Positions 40,265 through 52,239 of a DNA stretch of 64,000 bases are shown here, piece by piece. A program made the translations under genes and the position numbers. The DNA lies in contig CM041465.1 in NCBI GenBank assembly GCA_023213395.1, forward strand, positions 212,233,741-212,297,740, read 5' to 3'. The notes below the pieces were generated by a model. The model was given only the letters and a program-made list of their open reading frames with translations, ran no database searches and had not been told where the DNA came from. The first letter of the stretch is position 1, and each line of letters begins with the position of its first letter. The stretch is from Cycas panzhihuaensis (Eukaryota > Plantae > Cycadophyta).

Positions 40265-42528
40265 CACTTTTCTATTTTATTATTGTTAGTTATGAGGTTT
40301 AGTAAGATGGCCTATATCACAAAATCTAAATTACTTTTGTAGGGGGCAACCTATTTTGGTAAATATAACTAGAAATAATTTCTTATCTTCTCTTCATCAC
40401 ATCATCGGTGGACTTGATTCTTATATCTACATGTTCTAGAATATGTTCACATAACATGATTAAATTATTGTCCACATAAATTTAATAAATTAATATACCG
40501 TCAATTTATTATACTCATCTCTTGCATGTAGCTTCACATCATCTATATATAGCTTTTTCCTCTATATGTGGTTCTCATCATCTTCATCTATCCCTAGAAT
40601 CTCAGTTATATGTCACTGGTATAACTAGCATAAGAAAATTTTAAACTCATCAATTCACACTTCAAACTAACTCATGTATTAGCTCATATATTGGCTCATT
40701 CATTAACTTTGTAACTAACTTAATTAGCTCATCAATTTAGCTTAGGTATAGGCTTGCAATCTGATTATATAAGATCTTTCAAAATTAATAAAAAAATTAT
40801 GTGGGTATCTTACATATATTGGACATGAGAAAATCCCTCTTAGAATTGAACACATTTAATTTATTATTAAAGTTATCCATTAATCAAATGTTAAAATCAC
40901 CTAGTTTATTGGTCACCTACTTGAATAAATATTTATAGTGACACTACCTAATATTAATAAAGGGCCTAGATTATTTATTTATTAGAGAGATAAGTAGAAG
41001 TGATGATTGAGTGAATTTTTCAACTATTTATGAGACATGGAGAATAAAGAGAAGTCTCATATGTGTGGATTGCATTGTACTAAAATTAGTTATTGAGGTT
41101 ATCCAACTAATATAGGAAATATATTTATTAATGAAAAATCTAACTTAGCATGTATGATAAGAGGCATGAAAACATATTGTTTATATTCCCTTACTATAGC
41201 TAACTTATCTTAGCTAGGTAGCACCCCTTGTTCCTAAAGTTAATATGTTTGGATGATTGATTTGTTGATATTCATGAGTTATTTATGGTTTCCAAAAGAA
41301 AGTTGCTAATGTATGTATAAATAAATAAAGTGTGTAATGTTATCTTACATATAAGAGATAAGAAAAGGTTTTATAAGACACTCTTATATAACACACAAAT
41401 TGTATTGTTATTCTTGTATACAAAAGGTGAGTAATTTTATGCTACTCTTATAATAGCATTTTGCCTAATAGTTAAATGTTATTTATCGATAAATAGATAT
41501 TGATTAATAATAGATTTATAGTTGAAGATATAAAGTTGTTTATGAAAACATTTCATATAAACATAATAAGTGAGAGTCATATATGTTAATAATCAATGGA
41601 TGATCAATGGTTTTATAGGTTAGTTGCGCATAATTAGTTATTGATAATCATAGATGACTACATATGATCATAGGTAAATGCTTACAAGAAACAAACATAA
41701 TGTTGATAGATTTATAAGCTATAAGTGATATAACTTCATTTAGTTTGATAATGATTATTAAAGGTTTATAAATTCTAGCATATAGGGAAAGCATAAAGAA
41801 ATGAAGACCAAGGAAGAAGATGAAGATTAAATATTTGAAAACATTAAACATTAAGGAAGAGTGTTTAGGAACTATATGTTTCAAAGGAGTTCTGTGAATG
41901 GAGAATGACTGTGAGGGCTGTGAAACGGCATGGCAAATGATTACTGCGTCAGGGTTTACTAGGTGAGCGATGAATGACGAATAGCGAGTGGACAGGGGTG
42001 GCTTTGGGGATGAATCTGGTGTCCTCTAGGTTGCAATGGGCACTAAGACACTAAGATCTTTTTGGATCTAAGGCAGACTAGGGATATCAGGGCCTTCAAT
42101 GTCGATCAGTGGATAATGTAGAGACCTACTGCCATCTCTCAGAAGAACTTGGTCGGCTGAAGCGATGAGACCCTTAGCTTATAGAACTAGAGGATTCAGT
42201 AGGGAGTTTCATATGGTAGGGTTCTCCGTCTAGGAGCCATCCACCCCTAGATCCATAAAGAGATGATCCTCTCTCAAAGATCCAGAAAAAGAGAGTAGAG
42301 AACAACTTTCTCCCAGCTCTGTGTGGAAGGAAGGCAATCTTAAGAAGGGGAACTGGGTATGTTAGGTGCTCCATGCTTCTAGAGAGGGTACTAGACCAAG
42401 TTTTGTTATATCTACAGATAAGTGAGCTGAGGGGATCTGGAACATCAGGTTTGAAAAGGTGCAGTTCGGTGGTTCCAGCAGCGACCAAACTGGTGAGACC
42501 CATTATTTTAAATGAATATATTTAAATC

Positions 42529-43848
42529 ATGGAGGAACCTATGAAGGAATCACCCCAATCTTAGACTGTTCAGTCCCACCAGACCCATTTTCTCAATAAA
42601 AAGTCATACCTAGAAGCTTTAAGCAACCCTGAAGTTGAAACATTCGAGATAAACCCTATTTTAGAAAATGATAAGTTTAAAATTTTAATTCCTAAGAAGC
42701 TATCAGACAAGCTAGAAAACTATTAGGAAAATAGCCTTGTTGGGTGCTTTTCGTGCCTTATGCTAGGAGTTAATCCTATTAGGAAGTGGGTTAATGAGCA
42801 TTGGAAGCTTAAAGGACAAATTGAGGTTATCGCACTTCCCAAGGGTTATGTTCTTTTCAAGTTTGCCTGCCACGAGGATATGGTTAATATTCTTCTAAAA
42901 TCCCCCTAGATGATGGGGAGGAAGGTGATTTTGTTAGAGAAATGGCATCCAGATTTTGATCTAGCAAAGGGGTCCATAAAGCAAATCCCCTTATGGGTTC
43001 AGCTCCTGGGCCTCCCTCTCTAAGCATGGGATATTGATGTTATAAAAGGGATAGCAAAGATTATTGGGCCCCTTTTGGAAGTAGACTCTATGATAAAGAA
43101 TAGGAGTAGATTAGTGAATGCCAAGTTCTGTGCCCTAGCTAGAATATACAAACATCTCCCTAATCAGGTGACTATAGATGGAAGTAGTTGGAGTAAAGAG
43201 CAAAGACTGTTGTACAAGATGGAAAATGTGAAGTGTTTAAAATGTAAATACAGGTAATTTCCCTCTAAGCGCCCGGATTCCAAAGCCAAGCCGATCCAAT
43301 CCACCTAAAGAGGAGGGCAAGGTAGATGAAGGTCATGAGAAGCTTGACAGTCCCATTGAGCTAGTAAGGCATGTTGAATTACAAAACAATGAGGGAGAGG
43401 AGCTAGAGCCTCTAAAGGAAGGGAAAGGGGAAGGGCATGGCACATCCCAAATTGAAGGGAGGCTAATTTTTAATATGGATGAGGAAGATTCTCTTTATGA
43501 AGATGGGGAGGATGAAACAAGGACTCCCCTAAACCCTATATAGCTCCAAATTGCACTTATGTACCAGGGGGATGACACAAATGAAAGGGGTACCAATGTA
43601 GAGAAGAAGGTGGAGAAGGTTTAGAGGACCAGAGATCTTAGGCCCAAGGATGAGGACCCAATAGTAGCTAGGGACCCAGATTTTGGTAGTGAGAAGAGGC
43701 CCGGTAGACCATCAACAAAAGCTATGCAGGAGAGAGAGGCAATGATCTAGATCGATCAGGGGAAACAACGCACCCTAAAGGATGGGGCCCCAACTTTGGG
43801 ACCCAAGACTAGACGTAAGAAATGAGGGTTCCCAAAGGGGGGCTGTAA
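42529..43848 (+). pseudogene. LINE ORF1 remnant (DUF4283 + zinc knuckle)
   Basis: MEEP..KSYLEAL; IRKWVNEHWKLKGQIEVIALPKGYVLFKF; PLWVQLLGLPL; VKCLKCK. Confidence 0.8.
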
Positions 43849-43850
43849 TC

Positions 43851-46800
43851 ATAAAGATGGCCTCCTGGAACATATGGGATTCAAGAGATGAAACTAGTAG
43901 CTAAAAATAAAGGGAATGTTAAGAATAAGACTTGGAAAGGGGCTAATTGGATTACCTTAGATGGGATCAGAGGATCTAGGGGGCTAGCCACCATGTGGAA
44001 CCCTAAGTCTTGGTCAGGTGAGACCTATATTATTGAGGATCATTTTATATCTAGTTGCATGGCAAGCAAGAATTCCAACTGTAAATGGATGGTTACTAAT
44101 GTGTACACTCCCCTTACGTAAGACAGAAGGAAGTGTCTCTAGAGTAGGCTTCTGGAGGCCCATGAGAACTAGTCTGGACCATGGGTAATAGCAAGGGACT
44201 TTAATATAGCCCTTTCTCTTAAAGAGAAGAAAGGGGGGCAAATTGAATAGACAAAAGGCATGGAAGACCTAGGGGACTTTATGCAAAAGGGTGGGCTAAT
44301 GGATATCTCCTTATGGGGCCACAAGTTCACTTAGTCCAACAAAAGACTAGGGTCTCACCATATCCAGGTTAGGCTGGACAGAGTCTTAGTCAATTATGAC
44401 TGGGCTAGCCAACATAGCAACATCAGGTTGGAAGCTACGCTGGGGCGATGTCGATCACACTCCATTGGTGTTGGGATTTGATGAAAATAAGGGTCAGGTA
44501 AATTCTCCCTTCCGATTTGAACTTATATGGATAAGAGACCCCAACCTCTACAGACTGATAACTGAGTGGTGGAAGATTCTAGTGTTTGGATGTGTGATAT
44601 GGAGATTCTTACAAAAATTAAATTGGGTGAAACGTCAGATCAAAGTATGGAACAAAAACTCCTACAGAGATATTTTTTCCAGGAAGGCTCAGATTCTGGA
44701 GGAGTTAAATGCCCTTGAAGGAAAAATACAGGGGCAAGGTCTCACCCTCAATCTAGACTAGGATGAAAGAGGCCTTTTGTATGCTCTAAATGAAGTTTTG
44801 ACTAAGGAGGAAAACTTCTAGAAACAGAAGTCTAGAGCCTTGTGGTTGGTTGAGGGGGACAGAAACACAAATTTTTTTTATATGACAATGGTTAAACATA
44901 GAGCTAGTAATCATATTAAAGCTTTAATAAATGAGCAGGGGGAGGAAATTCTAGATCCAAAAAGTATCAAAGATATTGCAGTGGATTACTTCTTGGAATT
45001 ATATAAGGAGCCAGGAGGTACAGATGAAGTAATTAGAAGGGAGGTTCTCGAGGCTATACCAATAAAGGTAAATGAAGCTATGAACAGAGATCTGGAGGCC
45101 CCTTCTCTCAAGAAGAGATGAGGAAAGTTATTTTTGGGATGAAGAGGGAGAAAGCTCCTGGACTCGATGGCTTTCCTCTGGGCTTCTATCAAGATTACTG
45201 AGAGATAATAAAGGATGACCTTTAGAAGCTATAAAGGAATTTTATATGAATGGTAAAATCCATGGTGAATGGCAAGCAGCATTCCTAGTTCTAATCCTGA
45301 AGAAAGGTGACGCTAAGAGGATGGAAGATTTCAGGCCCATTAGCTTATGTAATGTAAAATACAAAATTCTAACTAAGGTCTTGGCGAACAGGCTTAAAGA
45401 ATATCTCCCCTTGATTATAGGTCCGAAGCAGGATGGGTTCGTGAAGGGAAGATAAATTCTAGATGGTATCATTGTGGTTCACAAAATGATCCATTCAATC
45501 TCCCAGAGAAAGGATCCTGGGATGGCTATCAATATAGACCTCTCAAAAGCCTATGATAGGGTCTTGTGGGGTTGTTTGTTGGATCGTATCAGCGTATTTG
45601 GGTTTAGGAACTATTGGAGAGCCTAGATTGAGAGTTTTACATTAAGGCCCAAATTCTTTGTGATTATAAATGGATCTTCCACTGCCTTTTTCTCAGGCTA
45701 CAGAGGCCTAAGACAAGGGGATCTGCTAGCTCCCTTCTTGTTTATTATAATGGAAGAGATCTTAAGTAGGTTTATGGAGGAAGCTAAGGTTTCCAATAAG
45801 ATTGTGGGTCTTAGGCCCATGTTAGGTGTGGATAATATTGTGCATTGCCATTTTGTGGATGACAATATCCTACTTGGGAAGGCCACAATAAAAGAAGCTA
45901 GTGCAATAAAGGCTTAGTTGGAAAGATTTGAAATAGCGATGAACTAGAAAATAAACTTTGGAAAAGCAACATTTTTTTCTTAAACACCACAAAAAGAATG
46001 AAGAGAGCTATTTGTAGGATTTTAGAGATGTCACCTAAGGAGTTGCCCACTCTTTATTTTAGAATGCCCATTTTTTTAAGCAGAATGGAGAAGGACCTTT
46101 GGAACTCGATCACCAGTAGGGTCCAAAGGAAGCTAGTTGGCTAGAAAGGGGCTCTACTGAGTTAGGCTGGGAAATTACAACTTCTGGTTTCTTCACTTCA
46201 GAGTATACTGACATATATGATGTCTTTGTTTAGGTGCCCTGGGAGGGTTAAGTGTTCTCTTGAATCTATACAAAAGAGGTTTTGTGGTCAGGGACTAAGG
46301 ACAAGGAGAGAGTCCATCTAGTGTCTTGGCATAAAGTGGCCTCCCTAAATGGGTGGGAGGCTTGAATGTTAAGGATATAACAAGTTTTAACAGTGCTCTG
46401 ATCGCCAAACTTAGTTAGAGCCTTATCGTCATAGAGGAGAAGACCTAGTACAAGATTATTGCTTATAAATACCTTAGGGGTAAGCAATTCCTGAAGGACA
46501 ATATACCTAGATCCCAAGGATCAACCATATGTTGGGGCCCAGTGGAGCTTGGGGGATGGTAAAGTGATAGATTTTTGGGAGGATACCTAGTACAAGAATA
46601 AGCAACTAAATAGATGGCCTATGTTTGCTCCCATGCAACCAACGTGCCAGAGTAGGTATGGTAAAAAGGTTAATAATTATTAGGAATCAAGTGGAGGAGA
46701 GAAGAAATAGAAAAACTTTGAAGAAGTCTCCCAGGATATAGGGGATGAGTAGCAAGTTGTAGAGCTGAGGAAAGAGCTGGATAGCATATACATTCTTAGA

Positions 46801-47932
46801 TTTCCAAAGAGAAGACACTTTGGTTTGGTAGGGTCCCCTCGGGGAGATATCTGATCGATTAAGGTACCTCTCCCTACTGCTGGAAAACGATATCATGGAA
46901 CATAATCTATTGGGGAGTGTGTAGAAGCTGGGGCTTATCCCTAAGATCATTATTTTTTGGTGGCTTTATCTTAAGAATAAGATTCTTACCTTGAATAATC
47001 TCAAGAAGAGGGGATTCCAATTGACAAGCAGGTGTGTTTTCTTCTTCAAGAATGAAGAGTCCTTGGACCATATATTTTTGCACTCCGCTTATGCAAGAGA
47101 GGTGTGGGTTATGCTTTGGGGATCATTTGAAGTCTCATAGGCTATCCCTGAGATAATCAAGGACCTGGCTATGGCTTGGGTTTGCCCTTTCAAATGTAGG
47201 ATGCTCTGATCCTTGTGGTTAATATCTCTCCTAACTCTTGTATAGAACTTATAGAAAGAAAGGAGCAGGCGCATCTTTCAAGATAAGAGAATGTCTACGT
47301 CTAGCCTATTTAGAATCATTGTGGCATCCCTGAAAGAAACCTCCAAGGTAAAAGAAGAATATGCTACTACCTATGATGATAGTAGGATTTTAGCTAAGTG
47401 GGGCTTTGGAGATATCATGCCCAAGCTGAAGGACGTTAGACATGGGGGATGGGACCCTCCACCGTAGGACTGATTAAAGATAAATTTTGACGATGCGTCA
47501 AAAGGAAACCCTAGAGAGGCTGGGGGAGGTGGTGTCTGTAGGGATGGGAGAGGAAAGGCTCTATGGGCCTTTGTTGAGTATTATGGTATACAAACCAATC
47601 ATGAGGAAGAGCTAAGAGCTATGCATAGAAGCGATGAACTTGGTTACTAGAGTTGGAGGTCCGAAAGTAATAGTGGAAGGGACTCCACAGATGTGATTAA
47701 GTACATAAAGGGAGAAGTAGAGACAAGTTGGATGCACCGTGCTATGATTAGGGACGTGAGGGAGATGCTCCATAGGATCGAAGAAGTCCAGGTTATCTAC
47801 ACATATACAGAAGGGAATCGGGTGGCCGACAGTTTAGCTAATTGGGATCCGGCTAACAGGAATGAGAGGTGGAACAATGACTTACCTGAAGAGATAATGG
47901 GTCTAGTTTGTAAGGACTTGGGGCGTTCCTAG
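43851..47932 (+). pseudogene. LINE ORF2 remnant (APE, RT, zf-RVT, RNase H)
   Basis: KMASWNI; DHTPL; EGDRNTNFF; FRPISLCNVKYKI; GLRQGDLLAPFLF; FVDD; KINFDDASKGNP; YTEGNRVADSLANW. Confidence 0.92.
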
Positions 47933-48091
47933 AGTTAGTCTCTTATAAATATCTGGTTTGTAAAAAAGCTAGGTTGTGGGCTTGTCATGACCAATTTGAG
48001 TAGCCATTTTGGTAGATTTTGTATAGGTGTTGGGGTCCCCTTTTAATCCCCATATTTATTTACACCATACCAAAGAAGAAAAAAGGAAGAA

Positions 48092-48627
48092 TATTTGGAA
48101 TATGTGATATTATCACATATATAATGTTTAATGTAAACTAGTAGACCCACATAAAATTCCACTCATCAAAAGTATCGATAAATATGATATGCATACTTAT
48201 TTATGTGAACATCACATTAGATGATAAAAAGGCTCAAAAGATATATTAGGTTATTTATAAAGAGATTATTCATATAAATATATACACATACCACTTAATA
48301 ACTTAAGAAAGAATCAAAATAGTAAGGATCCACTTGGAGATGTAATCATTTGATATCTAAAGAGGAGCTTCTAACTCTAACCTTCTCCCATGGTTTTTTC
48401 CACACTAGGTTTTCCATGTATAAATGTATTGTCTATCTTATGGTAACTGATTATTGATATAATTATACTTTATGATTCATATTATTACTTGATATGTTAA
48501 TCTTACATATATGATTGTGTATATTCTTTATGATATGATTCATTGATTCTGTATATTTGATATACTTCTATTACACTTAATGACTATATTCTAATATGGT
48601 ATTAGAGTTAAATTTTAAATTGTAGCA
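48092..48627 (+). repeat. Family X LTR 3 (3' LTR of the array)
   Basis: TATTTGGAATATGTG...ATTCTAATA-TGGTATTAGAG-TTAAATTTTAAATTGTAGCA, followed by the TSD. Confidence 0.85.
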
Positions 48628-48632
48628 CAAGA

Positions 48633-49020
48633 GTAATTTTAGTCTTAAGCCATGGGATAAAAACGAAAGATAATTTTCAAATTTGAAGCCTCAATCACAT
48701 GTTATAATTAAAGAATTTTGGTATTGAAAGGGCTATTGCTACTACTTTATGGTGTTTAGTAAGGAGATGTTCCTACCACATCACCTCATTTTCTAAAATC
48801 TATAGTTGGATACACTATGTTTTAAAGATTACATTTTCTAATTTTTGAATCTACATGGAGACATATTATATATCCTTCTAAGTAGATAGCTTATTAATCA
48901 CATATTATTTAGTCTTCTAATCATTTCCACTTTACACATATTAGATTAGGAGTTCCTTTTATTATAGAAGATTTAATTTTTATTAACCCACTAAGGGTTA
49001 ATAAAATTAAAGAAGCTAAA
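48633..49020 (-). pseudogene. Probable continuation (protease region) of the Athila-like pol
   Basis: Lies on the other side of the TSD; weak frameshifted 'PLG.IKIK' protease-like motif ~48970-49000. Confidence 0.45.
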
Positions 49021-49640
49021 TGTTAGCCCCCCTTTTTGGCCCTTTCGCAAAAATACCATATAAATAAATTAAATAAGTTATGGCTTTAATGAAGGTACAT
49101 AAATTAAATTAAAGAAGGTCATAATTACATTGAGAATAACTTTAGGTAGAGCCCATATATAAATTAAGAATGATTATATTTTAAATCCTAAGTTAGAATT
49201 ATTTGATGCACTTGATCAAGGTTTGAATGACTCTACACTTATAACATATTAAGGCTTGGATGATAGTTCACTTGTAATATGACAAGTTTTAGGAGAATAG
49301 AGTAGTACATTAAACATGTGCAAATAATGACTTTATTGATGGTATAAAGGCATTTGAATATTCTCTTATGGATGATCTTTTGAAAATGAAAAAGGGTGGC
49401 ATGCTTGTAATTGTGTGTTGACCTTACAAAGGAGTTGAGAGTCTTAAAACTATGTAATTCTTAAAACAAAATACATGGAGTTATTATGGGCACCTCAAAA
49501 GGCCATAAATAAGAGAGTGAATAATGTGTACATATAAGGCAAAAGAGTTAAGTGATTCTTGCAAAGATGTAAAGTATGGCATCATGTAAGGAACATTCTT
49601 ACAAGAGTATCATTATCTCACAAAAAGGAGATTAATATAG

Positions 49641-49774
49641 GATAATATAGCCTCGATAATCTGGTGTAGGATAATGTGGTATGGGTCAATGTGATATAGG
49701 ATAATGTGATGATGGACAATATGTTGTGGGATAATCTAATATGAAACAATATGGTGCAAGATAATGTAATGTAG
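49641..49774. repeat. Degenerate 15-bp tandem repeat x9 (GATAATGTGRTRTRG)
   Basis: Units start at 49641, 49655, 49670, 49685, 49700, 49715, 49730, 49745 and 49760. Confidence 0.85.
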
Positions 49775-50350
49775 GAGAGACTGACATGAGACCATATATA
49801 TAGGATTTTATATTTTTCAAGTGTGGTAATAAGTAGGTGCACTCACACCCATAATTACAAAATCTCAAGGATTAATATAAAAGTGAATATGGGTCAAAAA
49901 CCTCCACTTATAAAATCTAGGGAAATCTAAACAAGTGTCTTTGTAGGTTCAAAAATAATCAAATGAATGTCACTCCTCATTCCTTCTAATGCAAAATCTA
50001 AAGGAAAAAAGTAAGAAAGTTCATCAATTACTTATTCCTACCCACACAAACTCCAAATATACTGACATATATTAACATAGCAAATAAAATCATGCCACAT
50101 TAACAATGCCCACATGACCACTAATAAATTAATGCATATGATAGAAAAGGGCCTAAAATAGAATTTTCAAAGTTACTTATGCATTGTAAGTATAATAGAA
50201 GAACATTGAATAAACTAGATTTTTTAGAGCCTTCATCCATGGCATGATTTTTGCAACAACTCTAACTTGAAGCAACAAAAACACATACATCTATTACATG
50301 TCAAGTAGATTCTTCAACATATTTACCTTGTCATAATACAACGGTTATAA

Positions 50351-50361
50351 TAATGGCACCA
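50351..50361 (-). promoter_or_regulatory. Possible deaminated tRNA-Asp PBS (Athila-type)
   Basis: Minus strand TGGTGCCATTA vs canonical TGGCGCCGTTG; the three differences are C>T or G>A. Confidence 0.35.
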
Positions 50362-52239
50362 AATTTCTTAAAATTAGTAAAATAATTATAAATGAAGGAG
50401 CTTTAAAAGGATAACAATATGAAGTAGAAGGGATTTTTTTTGTTGGGGGTTACTATTAGAGAGAGTTATAGGGTCTATGGCTATATTTTTTTCATTCCTT
50501 GAATCCTTCTTTTCTCTTTATTTTTCTTGCTCTTCTTCTTCATATGTATTTATCTATGCACATATCTTGGGAGAGATTGTATCTTTACTGAAAGAGGATT
50601 TACATGAAATTGACTCTTTAAACCTAGGAACTCTTTAATAAGCACATTTATCTACAAAAAATCTAAAGGTCATTGTGGCTTTATCAATTTGTATCAAAAC
50701 ATTTTATTGGGTATCACTTCTACCCTTAAGCATTCTATTGTATTCAAACTATATTATTATTATAATGGAAGTATCTTGATATTTGGTTGTTTTCCTTAAT
50801 CCATGAAGAATATTATCTAATGGTTTGATGACAAACAATGTATTTCATTAATTGGGATATATATCTTACATATTGTCTATTGTTTTTCAAAGACCATTTC
50901 ATATTTTCCTTTGCATCTATAGTTAAGAGTTGTACAAATATATGTTAGGGCTTTCTAACTATAGTTTTGCATTTAACCTTAGATTATCAAACAAAAATAC
51001 AAAACATGTATTACAATGTTATATGTTGGTGCTAATAAGGGATTTATTAAGAGGTTAATAGTTGTGATTAGGAACAAGGTCCCTCATTATCTTACTAAAG
51101 GTCTTTATCTATTGGTTTAGACTAGGTAAGTCAGAACATTAATGTAGTTATTTTGATAGACATAAAAGAGGAAGAGGTTGAGCTCATTCCTTTTTATTCT
51201 TTCTTTTATTTAGAGTTTTATTTTCATTTCTTTTTTCTTTTATTTATATCCTCATTTTCTCTTTTTATCTTTTCCTTTTATTTTCTAAAATATTTCCTTC
51301 ATAACTCTACTAATGGTCATTTACTTTTTGGCTTTGTATATCATGTGCATTATGAACTATACAAGCCAAGATGAATGTGTTATAGAGTTAGATATTCTAT
51401 GGTTGTCTCTCTATTATCTATGCTTAATTATTGAACACATAGACCAAACCTTATTATAGTTAAACTAGGGCGTATAATAATAAAGAGTAATAGTTACCTT
51501 GTATGAGTAATAAGTTGCAAGGATTAAGTACATTTTGATGGTAAGACATGCTAGGGAAATAAATTGCAAGGCCTAGTAAAATGTATTTGAGTCTGTAACT
51601 CCTATCAAGAGGTGTTAGCCTTGGTGAGTATGCCATAAGAAAAAGACTAAGCTTATATGATATTAAAGGCTAACTTCCTTTTAGGAATATTAAAATATAT
51701 ATATTTATAGGAGGTCTTATCCTAATTTGTAGGTAATCTTGGATTAATTTCTTTGTTCTCCTTTGAGGAAGATACACCAATGGAGGACCCCTTACCTCAA
51801 AGATGGAAGTTATAGGCTTAGTGTCATTCTCTAATTATTATTTATTTAATTTCCTTATTTGTTCAATGTGTATAATAACTTTTCATATTTTATTTCAATT
51901 ATTCTATTATGTTAGGTACTTATTTGTCTTCTATACTACTGTAATATTTTATTCTAAAATTTAAGACATAATTAGGTCACTAAAAGACAACCTTGTAATA
52001 GGTAGAAATAAGATGCAATAATAAGTAGAGAAGCAATAAATTAAATATCATGTATCATTTAGTATAACTTATCTCAATTTACATGATATACATGATATTT
52101 TTATTGACTTTCATTTCACCCTCTATGAATGACTGGATCTTCTATTATAATCATTATCTAGAATATTGTCCAAGTTATGGTTCCTTTGAACCCATTTAGG
52201 AAATCTTTATGGTGGAGGTTGAGAGGAGGCTCCCTTCCC

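Larger units (their letters stand above)
41867..48082 (+). mobile_element. Plant L1-clade LINE with RNase H (LINE-C), full length, pseudogenised
   Basis: 14-bp TSD AAGGAAGAGTGTTT (41853-41866) / AAGGAAGAATATTT (48083-48096); degenerate A-tail ~48072-48084; ORF1 and ORF2 motifs. Confidence 0.9.
37403..48627 (+). mobile_element. Family X tandem array LTR-int-LTR-int-[LINE]-LTR inserted in the Athila-like pol
   Basis: LTRs at 37403-37900, ~39600-40130 and 48092-48627. Two similar ~1.7-kb internal regions (37901-39600, 40131-41866). Outer 5-bp TSD CAGGA (37398-37402) / CAAGA (48628-48632). Confidence 0.85.

Noticed and set aside
49641-49774. CRISPR-like or pentapeptide-repeat gene
   Set aside because: Head-to-tail 15-mers with no spacers, in-frame stops, eukaryotic TE context
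51765-51850. Motif CCCTTACCTCAAAGA shared with the 58616/61766 LTRs
   Set aside because: Similarity too short to delimit an LTR
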